Source: Candidatus Spongiisociaceae bacterium (lineage in GTDB: Bacteria; Actinomycetota; Acidimicrobiia; Spongiisociales; Spongiisociaceae). From it: a stretch of DNA of 64,000 nucleotides. How positions within the stretch are numbered: the stretch's first letter is position 1; every line of letters starts with the position of its first letter. The DNA lies in assembly GCA_965219685.1 (NCBI GenBank), contig CBDCOH010000002.1, positions 1,376,001 to 1,440,000 on the forward strand, given 5' to 3'. Below are positions 29,158 to 39,099 of this stretch, in pieces. Under the pieces are notes generated by a model. The model ran no database searches. It saw only the letters and a program-made list of their open reading frames with translations, and had not been told where the DNA came from. Both the position numbers and the translations under genes were made by a program.

Positions 29158-30303
29158 ATGATGTACACAAGCTCACCCAGGCACCACAACGGAGCTTCTT
29201 TCTGCTTGGCGTGAGAGGAGTCGGCAAGAGCACTTGGGCGCGCTCCGTGCTGCCGGACGCATTGCGCCTCGACCTGCTCGACGAGGCGCTGTTCACCGAC
29301 CTGCTGACCGACCCGTCACTATTCGCAAGGCTTATCTCCGGGCGACACAGCGGTCAGTGGGTGGTGGTGGACGAGATACAGCGGATACCGAGCCTGCTCA
29401 ACGAGGTGCACCGCACATCGAGGAGAGCGGTATCCGGTTCGCGCTGCTGGGTTCGAGCGCCCGCAAGCTGAAGACCGCCGGGACCAACCTCCTGGCAGGC
29501 CGAGCCCTGCGCAAGGTGATGTACCCGCTCACCGCTGCCGAACTCGGCGACGACTTCGACCTCGACCAAGTGCTCCAGTACGGCACGATCCCACTCGTCT
29601 GGGTCTCGGATGAGCGCCGCGAGGCGCTCGAGAGCTACACCCAGCTCTACCTGCGGGAGGAGATCAGGGCCGAAGCGGTGGTGCGGAACCTGGCCGGATT
29701 CGTACGGTTCCTGCCAATCGCCGCGCTGATGCACGCCCAACTCGTGAACGCGGCCGGCATCGCACGTGACGCCGGTGTCGCCCGATCCACGGTCAATGGC
29801 TACTTGGAGATCCTGGAGGACACTCTCGTGGCCACCCGGCTACCGGCGTTAGACACCAAGCTTCGGGTACGTGAGCGTCGGCGACCGAAGCTCTACTGGG
29901 TGGATCCCGGCCTGGTAAGGGCCATCAAGCGACGCCTCGGGACGGTGGCCTCTGAGAAACCGGGCCCGCTCTTGGAAGGATGGGTGTTCGGCACCCTCCG
30001 GGCCCACGCCGAACACCACCATCTCTACGACGACATCGCATACTGGGCCCCGGCCCAGTCGCAGACCGAGGTCGTTTCGTCCTCACCCGCGACGGAAGGC
30101 ACCTCGCCATCGAAGTCAAGGCCGCTCGGCGCTACCACACGTCCATGGTCAAAGGCCAGCGGGCCATCGCGGATCTGGCAGGACTGACCCGCCGCATCCT
30201 GGTCTACACCGGCCCGCACACCTTCCGCACGAACGACGGCATCGAGGTCTGGCCTCTCACCACCTTCCATGAAGTCATCGCCGAGGACCGCCTCTGGCCC
30301 TGA
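29158..30303 (+). pseudogene. AAA_14/DUF4143 ATPase, frameshifted
   Basis: GVRGVGKST, VDEIQRIP, LLGSSARKL, KLYWVDPGL, AIEVK distributed over different frames; shifts near 29175, 29415 and 30075. Confidence 0.82.
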
Positions 30304-30444
30304 ACCGGACACGCAACTCACCCTGGACCGACACCACCACGTTCACCACACCCACGGCCCCGGCAGCCCCCCAGGGCGCAGGAACATCGCGACGTCAGTG
30401 GTCAGGTGTCAACGGACAACGAGCAACGGACAACGGATCCAGCC

Positions 30445-31848
30445 CTAACGCCTCCAAGGGGTAAGGAGGCCATGCAGGCCGGCCCGGTCGATGAGGTCTT
30501 CGGAGCGGGATTGCGCCTCCTCCATGACCTCGTCCTCGTCGACCATGGTGCAGCGGCCGTTCTCGAGAACGATCCGGCCGTCGATGATGGAGTGGACCAC
30601 GTCAGAGCCCCGGGCACAGTAGGTGAGCGCCGAGACGGTCCGGTGCCAGGGCGTCAGGTGGGGACTCTTCATGTTCACGACGATCAGGTCGGCCAACTTG
30701 CCGGGGGCGATCACTCCGGCCTCGATGTTCGCGTAACGGGCACCCTCCCTCGTCGCCATCTCCAGAGCCTCCTCACCGTTGCTGATGGTCGGCTCCAGGG
30801 TGTGCACGCGTTGCAGGAGGATGGCCTGCTTCATCACCTCGAACATGTCCTGGCGGTGGTTGCAGCACGGTCCGTCGGTACCGAGGCCGATCGGAGCGCC
30901 GGACGCGCGCAGTTCGCGCAGTCTCATCACCCCGAGAGCGATGTACTGGTGGGAGATCGGGCAGTAGGCGATTCCTGTCTCTGTCTCGCCCACATGGTCG
31001 ATCTCGGCGTCATCCAGGTAGATACCGTGGGCGATGGTCGCCTCGGGTCCCAGCAGGCCTTCCTTGTACAGCCACTCGACCGGCCGGATGCCGTACTCCT
31101 CGAGGTAGGTCGGCGGATCCTCCAGACGCTCCGAGCAGTGGGTGTGCCACCCGACCCCGCCCTCGCGGGCCAGCGCCACGCTGCGCCGGACCAGGTCCTG
31201 GTCGTTGTAGATGATGTTGAGCGGCGCCGGCCAGACCTCGACCCGCCCACCGGCCGGGTACTCCTCCATGGCGGTGCGGGTGATCTCCATCTCCTCGTCG
31301 TTGGTGTAGGAGAAGAGTTCCCCGGCGAGGTTGTACCGGCGGGCGATGTCGGTCGCCTCGCCGGTGATCCCCCGCGCCACGGCACCCCGCAACCCCACCT
31401 CTCCGATGGCGCCTGCCACGGCCAGGGTGGTGTCGAGATCCGACGGCGCGTAGTGGAGATCGACAACGGTGGTGGTACCGGCCTTGAGCGCCTCCACCGC
31501 TCCCAGCCTCGCTCCGATCCGGCCTTCCTCCAGGTTGATGGAGATCGAGAACGGCCACATGAAGTCGGTCAGCCAGGTCCACAGCGGCATCCCCTCACCG
31601 AGGCCGCGGGCCAGGCCTTGGAACAGGTGGTTGTGGGTATCGATCAACCCGGGGAGGACGGCGGACCCGGAGCAGTCGATGGTGCGCGCTGCCCGGTATC
31701 CGGCCATGTCCTCGTCGGAGCCGACCGCCACGATGCGGTTGCCCGACACCGCGACGGTTCCCGGATCGATTACCCGGCGCTCGTCGTCGACGGTCACCAC
31801 GGAGCCTCCGGTCAGGAGGAGGTCGCACTCTCGGTTTGTCTCGTTCAT
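30445..31848 (-). CDS. MtaD/SsnA-type amidohydrolase; paralogue of 23046..24470
   Basis: PGLIDTHNH, HTHCSE, AHG, GLGTDG; shared YCPISHQYIALGVMRL. Confidence 0.9.
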   Translation of the reverse strand: MNETNRECDLLLTGGSVVTVDDERRVIDPGTVAVSGNRIVAVGSDEDMAGYRAARTIDCSGSAVLPGLIDTHNHLFQGLARGLGEGMPLWTWLTDFMWPFSISINLEEGRIGARLGAVEALKAGTTTVVDLHYAPSDLDTTLAVAGAIGEVGLRGAVARGITGEATDIARRYNLAGELFSYTNDEEMEITRTAMEEYPAGGRVEVWPAPLNIIYNDQDLVRRSVALAREGGVGWHTHCSERLEDPPTYLEEYGIRPVEWLYKEGLLGPEATIAHGIYLDDAEIDHVGETETGIAYCPISHQYIALGVMRLRELRASGAPIGLGTDGPCCNHRQDMFEVMKQAILLQRVHTLEPTISNGEEALEMATREGARYANIEAGVIAPGKLADLIVVNMKSPHLTPWHRTVSALTYCARGSDVVHSIIDGRIVLENGRCTMVDEDEVMEEAQSRSEDLIDRAGLHGLLTPWRR

Positions 31849-31863
31849 CTGGCCAACCTCCTT

Positions 31864-32796
31864 CTATCCGGCGGCTGTCCCGCCTGTATCCTCATCACGG
31901 TCCGGGATCCGCAGGAGGCGAGAGGCGGTGCCCCCCATGATCGCCGCGAGCTCGTCCGGCGTCAGTGCGGGCCCCCCGACCTGTTCGGCCACCCGGTTGA
32001 CACTGTGGAAGATGCCGGAAGCCACTCCTCCCGGACCGGACTTCTGCTTGTCGTTGTTGTCGGAGCCGTAGACCGCCCGGTCCAGCGCGTTCAGGCTCCT
32101 CAACTTGTTCAACACCCGGTACAGATCCCGTGGGTCTCCTCCCGCGTAGTAGGACAGGTCCGCGTAGAAGTTGGGATGGCGAGCCACGACCGCGATCCCC
32201 TCGTCGACATACGGGAAGGCCAGGTAGACGACTACCTTGAGGCCCCGGTAGCGGATACCTAGCTCGTCGAGCAGCATCGGGCGGGCGTGGTGTATGGGAG
32301 CGTTGATGATCGGCGTGAACCCCGTGTGGGTGTGGATCGGGATGTCCAGTTCCAGACACTTCTCGTAGACGGGCGCCAGCCGCCGGTCGGCGGGATCGTG
32401 ATGGTGATAGGTGGGAAGGAGCTTCATCATGCGGAACCCGTACTCCCGGACGCAGCGATCGATCTCCTCGGTCGCCCACCGCACATCGCGCAGCGGGTCC
32501 ACACACACCACCCCGTAGAGACGTCCCGGATGGGCCGCACACTGGGCCGCCGTGTAGTAGTTCGGCACGTACACCTCGTGCTCCTCCGGATGGCTCGGAT
32601 GGAACGTGGTACGGCGCAGGTCCGATCCGTGAGCAAGGCCCACCTCGATCCCGGCCTCGTCGAGGAGTTGGACCAGGGCGGCGCCGTCCGTCCAGCAGTA
32701 TTCGCCTCCGTAGGGGCGGTACAACTCCTCCATCCACCAGACGGGCGCATGGCGGGGGGTCTCGGTCAGGTAGAGCAGGACGTCGACGGTGGGCAT
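31864..32796 (-). CDS. Amidohydro_2-type amidohydrolase lacking HxH
   Basis: MPTVDVLLYL, DLRRTT, HTHTG, YGSD. Confidence 0.85.
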   Translation of the reverse strand: MPTVDVLLYLTETPRHAPVWWMEELYRPYGGEYCWTDGAALVQLLDEAGIEVGLAHGSDLRRTTFHPSHPEEHEVYVPNYYTAAQCAAHPGRLYGVVCVDPLRDVRWATEEIDRCVREYGFRMMKLLPTYHHHDPADRRLAPVYEKCLELDIPIHTHTGFTPIINAPIHHARPMLLDELGIRYRGLKVVVYLAFPYVDEGIAVVARHPNFYADLSYYAGGDPRDLYRVLNKLRSLNALDRAVYGSDNNDKQKSGPGGVASGIFHSVNRVAEQVGGPALTPDELAAIMGGTASRLLRIPDRDEDTGGTAAG

Positions 32797-32800
32797 CGGC

Positions 32801-33700
32801 TCAGTCCAGTTTGTACAGGCGGCGGGCGTTGCCACCGACTATGCCCTCGATCTGCGCTGCGACGAAAGGCTCCCGGTATGTGCGCTCGGCTACCTCGTTC
32901 AGTTCGTCCAGCAGGTGGGTCCCGATCTGCTGACCCCCGCCGGTCCGGTCCTTGTCGTTGTTGTCCGAGCCGTACACGACGCGTTCGAGTGCGTTCAAGC
33001 CCCGGAGCTTGTCGAGAGCGTCAAACAGGGGCTCGGGGCCGGCACCGACGAAGTAGGCGATGTCGGCGTGGAAGTTGGGATGGCGGGCCACCACGGCGAT
33101 CCCCTCATCGACGTAGGGGAAGTTGATGTACACGAGTACCCGCAGATCTCGATGGCGGATGCCGATCACATCGAGCCTCTCAGGATGGCCGTACCGGAGT
33201 GCCGCCGTGATGGTCGGCGAATACCCGGTGTTGACATGGGCGACGATGTCGAGTTCCTCGCAGCTCTCCAGCATCGGCGTGACAGCCGGATCGTCTATGT
33301 AGTAGTTCTGGTAGGTCGGCAGGAACTTCGAGGATCTGAAACCGTACTCCTCGACGCATCGGCGTTGCTCTATGACTCCTGCCCTCACGTCTCTCAGGGG
33401 ATCGATGTTGGCGACGCCGATCAGCCGGTCGGGGAACAGGGCCACCTGCTGGGCCGTGTAGTCGTTGGGGACGAACACGTGGCGCTGGTCAGGGAAGTCC
33501 GGATGATAGGTGGTACGGCGGATGTCGGACCCCTGGACCATCCCGATGTCGACACCACCCCGGTCGAGGATGCCGACGATGGCAGCGCCGTCCGTCCAGA
33601 TGTATCCACCGCCGTAAGGACGGTACATCTCCTCCATCCACCAGATCGGCGCCTGCTCGGCGGAGTCCGTCAGGTGGAGGTGGCAGTCGACGGTCAGCAT
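32801..33700 (-). CDS. Amidohydro_2-type amidohydrolase
   Basis: DCHLH, DIRRTT, HPNFHADIA, YGSD. Confidence 0.88.
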   Translation of the reverse strand: MLTVDCHLHLTDSAEQAPIWWMEEMYRPYGGGYIWTDGAAIVGILDRGGVDIGMVQGSDIRRTTYHPDFPDQRHVFVPNDYTAQQVALFPDRLIGVANIDPLRDVRAGVIEQRRCVEEYGFRSSKFLPTYQNYYIDDPAVTPMLESCEELDIVAHVNTGYSPTITAALRYGHPERLDVIGIRHRDLRVLVYINFPYVDEGIAVVARHPNFHADIAYFVGAGPEPLFDALDKLRGLNALERVVYGSDNNDKDRTGGGQQIGTHLLDELNEVAERTYREPFVAAQIEGIVGGNARRLYKLD

Positions 33701-33727
33701 CGGAAGCTGCCCTCCACGGGATCGGTG

Positions 33728-34951
33728 CTACGGGAAACTGATGACTCCTTCCTCGGCCATGTACCTCAACTCGGGCTCGCCGCACCCTATCAAACCGCCC
33801 AGGATGTCCCGGTTGTGCTCGCCGAGTGACGGGCCGGTGGTCCGCACGCCGCCCGGGGTCGCCGACAGGCGGCCGACCAGGTTCTGCATGCGGACCGGAC
33901 CGAGTACGGGATCCTCGACCGTGGTGACGGTCTCGTTGTGGACGAACTGGGGATCCTCGAGTATGCCGGTGATGTCGAGGATCGGTGCGATGGCGGCGCC
34001 CGCCTCGCTGAAGGCGGCCACCACCTCTTCGGCGTCCCGGGCACCCACCCACGCCCCTATGGCTTCGTCCAGCTCGTCCTGATGCAGGAGGCGTCCCGCG
34101 TGGTTGGCGAACCATGGCTCGGCCGCCATCTCGGGCCTTCCCACCAGGCGGACCGTGCGCTCGGCCGTGGACTGGGACGAGCCCGAGAGCCCGAGCCACA
34201 CCCCGTCCCGCGAGAGGTAGGCGTTGCGGGGAGCGGTGAAGGGCGCCCGGTTTCCGGTCCTACCCTGGACGATCCCCAACTGGTCGTAGATGGTGGCCTG
34301 CGGTCCCAGGAGCCAGAAGATGGGTTCGTAGATCGACAGGTCGATCACCTGACCCGTCCCGTCGCCCAGGTCGCGTGCCCGCAGCGCCGCCATCGTCAGG
34401 AAGGCTCCGCTCAGGCCGGCTATCCCGTCGGCCAGGGCGAACGGCGGCAGAGTCGGCGGCCCGCCCGGGTGCCCGTTGATGTGAGCGAAACCCGACATCG
34501 ACTCGGCCAGCGTGCCGAACCCGGCCCGCTCCCGGTAGGGGCCGGTCTGCCCGAATCCGGTCACCCGGACCATGACCAGCCGGGGGTTGACCTCGGACAG
34601 GTCGTCCCATCCGAGACCCCAGCGTTCCATGGTCCCCGGCCGGAAGTTCTCGACGAGTACGTCCGCCCCCTCCACCAGGCGCAGCATCGCCCGCCTGCCC
34701 AGGTCGTGGGAGAGCTTGAGGGTGACCGCCCGCTTGTTCCGGTTCACGACCGCCCACCACAGCGAGACCCCGTCCTTCTCCCAGCCCAGGTTCCGCAGGC
34801 TGTCCCCCGCCGGATGCTCCACCTTGATCACATCGGCGCCGTAGTCCCCGAGAAGGGTGGCGACCATGGGCCCGGCGAACAGGGTCGCCGCGTCGATCAC
34901 CCTCAACCCGGCGAGGGGACCCGCCATGGCGGGGCTTCGGTCATCGTGCAT
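33728..34951 (-). CDS. CaiB/BaiF family III CoA-transferase
   Basis: GPLAGLRVID, AGP, GADVIKVE, NRNKR, ENFRPG, GFGQTGPY. Confidence 0.92.
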   Translation of the reverse strand: MHDDRSPAMAGPLAGLRVIDAATLFAGPMVATLLGDYGADVIKVEHPAGDSLRNLGWEKDGVSLWWAVVNRNKRAVTLKLSHDLGRRAMLRLVEGADVLVENFRPGTMERWGLGWDDLSEVNPRLVMVRVTGFGQTGPYRERAGFGTLAESMSGFAHINGHPGGPPTLPPFALADGIAGLSGAFLTMAALRARDLGDGTGQVIDLSIYEPIFWLLGPQATIYDQLGIVQGRTGNRAPFTAPRNAYLSRDGVWLGLSGSSQSTAERTVRLVGRPEMAAEPWFANHAGRLLHQDELDEAIGAWVGARDAEEVVAAFSEAGAAIAPILDITGILEDPQFVHNETVTTVEDPVLGPVRMQNLVGRLSATPGGVRTTGPSLGEHNRDILGGLIGCGEPELRYMAEEGVISFP

Positions 34952-35006
34952 CGGGCGAGCCTAACGGTTCGACCGGCCGGCAACGGTCAGGACTGCGGCA
35001 CTGGCT

Positions 35007-35450
35007 CTACGCATCACGGTCGGGGGGCCGGCGTAAACGCTTTGTCTCGGACCGCCTGCGCTTCTCCTCCATCCGCTTCCGCCGGGCGGCCGGCCCGGGC
35101 CGTGACGCTCGCCGCGTGGGCGGCTCCGGGGCCAGCGCGTCGTCGAGCAACCCCCGGAGGCGTTGCCTGGCCACCTGGCGGTTCCGCCACTGGGAGCGGT
35201 GATCATCCACCACCAGGCGCACCGCTCCGTACCGCATCCTGGCGGCCAGTCGCTTCTCCATCCGTACCTTCTGCTCGTCGGTGAGCGCGTCCGACTTCCA
35301 GATCGAGAACGTCAGACCCACCCGGGTGTGGGCTCGGTTGGCATGCTGGCCTCCAGGACCGGAAGCAGGACCGAAGTCCCACCGCAATTCTGCGGCCGGT
35401 ATCACCGGTCCACGTCGGAGTTGGAGGTCACGGTTCGAGTTCGCGGCCAT
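35007..35450 (-). CDS. arfB: Alternative ribosome rescue peptidyl-tRNA hydrolase
   Basis: SGPGGQHAN, RSQWRN, basic C-terminal tail. Confidence 0.9.
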   Translation of the reverse strand: MAANSNRDLQLRRGPVIPAAELRWDFGPASGPGGQHANRAHTRVGLTFSIWKSDALTDEQKVRMEKRLAARMRYGAVRLVVDDHRSQWRNRQVARQRLRGLLDDALAPEPPTRRASRPGPAARRKRMEEKRRRSETKRLRRPPDRDA

Positions 35451-35469
35451 ATTCAGCGAAACTAATCCG

Positions 35470-36357
35470 ATGAGCGCCAGATCCCCTAACCCCTGGGTGC
35501 TCGCCGCCCGGCCTCGCACCCTCTGGGCGGCTGTCAGCCCGGTGCTGGCCGGGTCGGGCCTGGCAGTCGGCAGCGGCGTGTTCCGGGCCGATGCGATGGT
35601 GGCCGCCCTGGTCTGCGCCCTGAGCCTCCAAGTGGCCGCCAACTTCGCCAACGACGCCTCCGACGCCCGGCGGGGCGCCGACCCGGAGAACCGCATCGGC
35701 CCGACCCGGGCTGTGGCGACCGGACTGCTGACCTCTCGGCAGGCGTGGATGGCGGTCTGGACCATGTTCGCCACAGCCGGCGCGTGCGGTCTCTACGTAG
35801 CTTCGATCACCAGTTGGTTGGTGGTCGGCGTAGGTGCGGTGGCGATCCTGGCCACGCTCACCTACACGGGCGGCCCTTCCCCCTACGGCTACAGGGGTCT
35901 CGGTGAGGTGTCGGTGTTCATCTTCTTCGGGCTCGCCGCCACGGTGGGGACCCGCTACGCCCACGACGGAACCGCACCGTTGGAGGCCTGGCTCCTGGCG
36001 GTGCCGGTCGGGTTGACCGCATCGGCGATCCTGGTAGCCAACAACGTCCGCGACATCGACACCGACGCGGCGGCCGGCAAGCGGACCCTGGCAGTAGTGC
36101 TGGGCCGGGACCGCGCACGGACGCTGTACACGGCGACGGTGACGGCCGCCTTCGTAGTGATCGCGGTGGCGGCGGGGACCGGGCTCGTCCCACGCTGGGC
36201 GGCGCTGGGTCTGCTCACCGCTCCGCTGGCCCTCCCGCTCATCAGGACCATCCACTCGACCGCCGAAGGCCCCGCCCTGATCAGAGTGCTCGAGGGCACC
36301 GCCCGTCTGCATCTCCTGGCCGGCATCGGCCTCAGCATCGGGGCCGCGTTCGGTTGA
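35470..36357 (+). CDS. menA: 1,4-dihydroxy-2-naphthoate polyprenyltransferase
   Basis: ARPRTL, NFANDASD..GAD..RIGP.R, YTGGP.PYGY.GLGE, NNVRDIDTD..GKRTLAV. Confidence 0.92.
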   Translation: MSARSPNPWVLAARPRTLWAAVSPVLAGSGLAVGSGVFRADAMVAALVCALSLQVAANFANDASDARRGADPENRIGPTRAVATGLLTSRQAWMAVWTMFATAGACGLYVASITSWLVVGVGAVAILATLTYTGGPSPYGYRGLGEVSVFIFFGLAATVGTRYAHDGTAPLEAWLLAVPVGLTASAILVANNVRDIDTDAAAGKRTLAVVLGRDRARTLYTATVTAAFVVIAVAAGTGLVPRWAALGLLTAPLALPLIRTIHSTAEGPALIRVLEGTARLHLLAGIGLSIGAAFG

Positions 36358-36503
36358 CACCAGGGACGACCTGAGAGGGGTAGACCCACGTCCCCCCGCC
36401 ATGCTGCATCGAGTTCGCAGTCCTGGTTGGGGGTCTCCGTTGCTTGAGGATCAGAACCTGTTCTTTAGCAGAGTGACGTTTTGGACCATTCTCAGGGTGT
36501 TTA

Positions 36504-36540
36504 TGTCACAGCCGGGTCCTATAATGCGAACATATGTACG
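36504..36540 (+). promoter_or_regulatory. Candidate DNA-damage promoter: PafBC/RecA-NDp-like motif plus LexA-like box
   Basis: TGTCAC-N10-TATAAT followed by CGAAC-ATAT-GTACG overlapping the ATG. Confidence 0.6.
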
Positions 36541-37898
36541 ATCACCTACTCGACTACCCCGAACCCGACACGGTCAAGCCCCGCGACTTCCTCGACCGGG
36601 GTGGTGCGGAGCCGGACGGCGACATGTTCACCACCCGCTACCAGAGGGAATGCCGCAGGGTCTATGAACGTGCCCGCCACATGGCCGAGCGTTCGGACTA
36701 CGCGCACGCGGACGTGGAGGACGCCAAAGCCGAGGCCGCCCTGGTCAGGGCCCAAGCGCAGGTCAGCCGGGCCCGCGGCGACCAGGTCGGCTGGGTGCGC
36801 CACATGCTACGGCGGGGTGCTGTGGCAAGGTTCGGGTATCGCAACCCCACCGAGATGGTCGCCTCACGACTCGACGTGCGCCGCTCCGTCGCCCGCGACC
36901 TCGTCTATCTGGCTGAGCGGCTCAGCGATAACCAGGTCGAGTCGATCCGCCACGGTTCGGTCTCCTACGAGCGGGCGTTGGCAGAGACACGACTGAGCGA
37001 TGCCGGCGCGTCACGGGAGGTGATCGAACGAAGCCGCGGCGACGACCTCGAATCGGTCAAGCGGATCCTCCAAGCACATCGCCGCATGAGCCGCCACGAC
37101 GAACGCCGAATCTTCGAAGGCCAGTACCTGACCCTGCAGCCCTCCCTGGACGGCAGCCACGTGCAGGTCAACGGCCGGCTCGCCGCCCTCGAAGCCGAGA
37201 TATGCCGCAACGGCCTGGACCGGCGCGGCGAAAAGCTCCTACCCGCCGGCGAAGACCGTCCCGACGCAGGACAGAGAAGAGCCCTGGCCCTCACCACCCT
37301 ATGCCAGGACGAACTCGACCGCAGCCCACAACCCGCCCGCACGACCACGGAACGGTTCCGGGAGGCCTCCAGACGCCGCGAACCGGCCCTCATGGTCGTC
37401 GCCGACCAGCAACTAGCCGACAAATCAGGATACGAACAAGGCGCAGCAGTACTCGCCGGCGCCCGGGTAGGACCCGACACCATAGACCTCATCCGCTGTG
37501 TCGGCACCACCGAGACAATCACCGTGGCCGGCCACGACATCATCCAACACGGAACGACCACATACCTGACGCCGTCGCTACGCCGTGCCGTGCTAGCCCG
37601 AGACGACGGATGCACCATCGACGGATGCACATCCACCTACCGGCTCGAAGTCCACCACATCACCCCCCGATCCGAAGGAGGGGACCACAGCCCCGACAAC
37701 CTCACCACCCTGTGCTGGTGGCACCACCACGTATCCATACACCGCCGAGGCATGCGCATCGACCCCCAATCACCACCCCGAAGACGGCGGCTACTACCAC
37801 CCACAAGAACCTGCGGCTACCAGCCACCCGACCCCGACCCCCACACCCTCGCCATACTCCGCGCACTCCACACCCGCCCCAACCGGTCCCCACCCTGA
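36534..37898 (+). CDS. DUF222/13E12-like HNH endonuclease
   Basis: LRRAVLARDDGCTIDGC..EVHHI..GG..NL.TLCWWHH. Confidence 0.87.
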   Translation: MYDHLLDYPEPDTVKPRDFLDRGGAEPDGDMFTTRYQRECRRVYERARHMAERSDYAHADVEDAKAEAALVRAQAQVSRARGDQVGWVRHMLRRGAVARFGYRNPTEMVASRLDVRRSVARDLVYLAERLSDNQVESIRHGSVSYERALAETRLSDAGASREVIERSRGDDLESVKRILQAHRRMSRHDERRIFEGQYLTLQPSLDGSHVQVNGRLAALEAEICRNGLDRRGEKLLPAGEDRPDAGQRRALALTTLCQDELDRSPQPARTTTERFREASRRREPALMVVADQQLADKSGYEQGAAVLAGARVGPDTIDLIRCVGTTETITVAGHDIIQHGTTTYLTPSLRRAVLARDDGCTIDGCTSTYRLEVHHITPRSEGGDHSPDNLTTLCWWHHHVSIHRRGMRIDPQSPPRRRRLLPPTRTCGYQPPDPDPHTLAILRALHTRPNRSPP

Positions 37899-38201
37899 CC
37901 AGGACGGCCATAACGGAGCGGTAAAGGCAAGCGAATAACGAGCCTGACCGCAGTTCTCGCGCGGGAGGATGCTGCTATCGGACGGTATCGTGGTCGAACA
38001 GCGCTACGCGGCCCGTTCGCGCGGCCCAGTGCAGCGCCCGACCCCGGACCACGGCCTGTCTATCTCCCTGTTCAGTAACTCTCCGAGCCTACCGCTGTCA
38101 CCCGTTACGCTACACACGAGGATACGGGTGTCCAGCAGAGTCACGCCTCTGCGTGAACGCCGTCATGGAGGATGGAAAATAGTCTGATCTGATGTTAGCC
38201 A

Positions 38202-38244
38202 CCGATCTCCAACTAACAACTATAGAGCTACCGACTAGGAACTA
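38202..38244. repeat. Degenerate heptamer tract
   Basis: CCGATCT CCAACTA ACAACTA TAGAGCTA CCGACTA GGAACTA; abuts the hydrolase stop codon. Confidence 0.75.
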
Positions 38245-39081
38245 ATCATCTGGGAGGTCGCTCAGGAAGTCGGCTATCTCGGCGGCCACCAAGTCGGGGC
38301 GCTCCATCACCACCATGTGGGACTGTCCCGTCAGGAACGATGTCTTGGCGTTCGGCAGCCGGCCCTCCAAGGCGTCCATCACGGCTTCCAATACCCCGGG
38401 GAAGTCGGAGATCAACAGCCTGATGGGTGCTGTCAGTTGATCGAGGCGTTCGTAGATGCGGGTCTCGGCGCTCGCAGCGAAGACGGCCGACTCCACCTCG
38501 GGGCGACATGCCAGGGCGACCCCTTCGGGATGAGGCACCAGACCCCCCTCCAGGTACCCGGAGAAGGCGTCCTCGTGCCACCGTGTGAACAATGGCTTCG
38601 AACGGTACGAATCGGCCGCGGCCTGGCGAGAAGGAAAGGTCGGGCGCCGCAGGGCCGCCATCACCGCCAAGGGGTGGTCATCCACTAGGGGCTCGTCTCC
38701 CGTTCCACGGAGGTGCGGGGCGATGATCACAGGCTCGATCAGCACCATGCCGGACAGCAGACCAGGTCGCATCATGTCGACCATCACCATGGCAGCGCCA
38801 CCCATCGAGTGCCCTACCCCCACAATGGGCGCCTTCGGTGACAACTCGTCGATCAGGTCGACCAGATCGTTTGCGAAAGTCCTCCACGTGACGTCCGATT
38901 CGAACGGAGGAGCGCTTCCGTGACCCCTAGCGTCCCAAGCCAGGGCGGTGGTGCCCACCCCCTGCTCGCGCAACTCAGCCACGAGCGGTCGCCAGACCTC
39001 CTTGCAGAAACCCGTGGCGTGACCGAGCAGTAGCAACGCATCGTCAGAACCCGCGTGCCACTCCAGTGCAGTCCGATTCAT
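38242..39081 (-). CDS. Alpha/beta hydrolase
   Basis: HATGF, DARGHG, GHSMGG, SHMVVME. Confidence 0.88.
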   Translation of the reverse strand: MNRTALEWHAGSDDALLLLGHATGFCKEVWRPLVAELREQGVGTTALAWDARGHGSAPPFESDVTWRTFANDLVDLIDELSPKAPIVGVGHSMGGAAMVMVDMMRPGLLSGMVLIEPVIIAPHLRGTGDEPLVDDHPLAVMAALRRPTFPSRQAAADSYRSKPLFTRWHEDAFSGYLEGGLVPHPEGVALACRPEVESAVFAASAETRIYERLDQLTAPIRLLISDFPGVLEAVMDALEGRLPNAKTSFLTGQSHMVVMERPDLVAAEIADFLSDLPDD

Positions 39082-39099
39082 GACGCCAATGCTCCCCGG

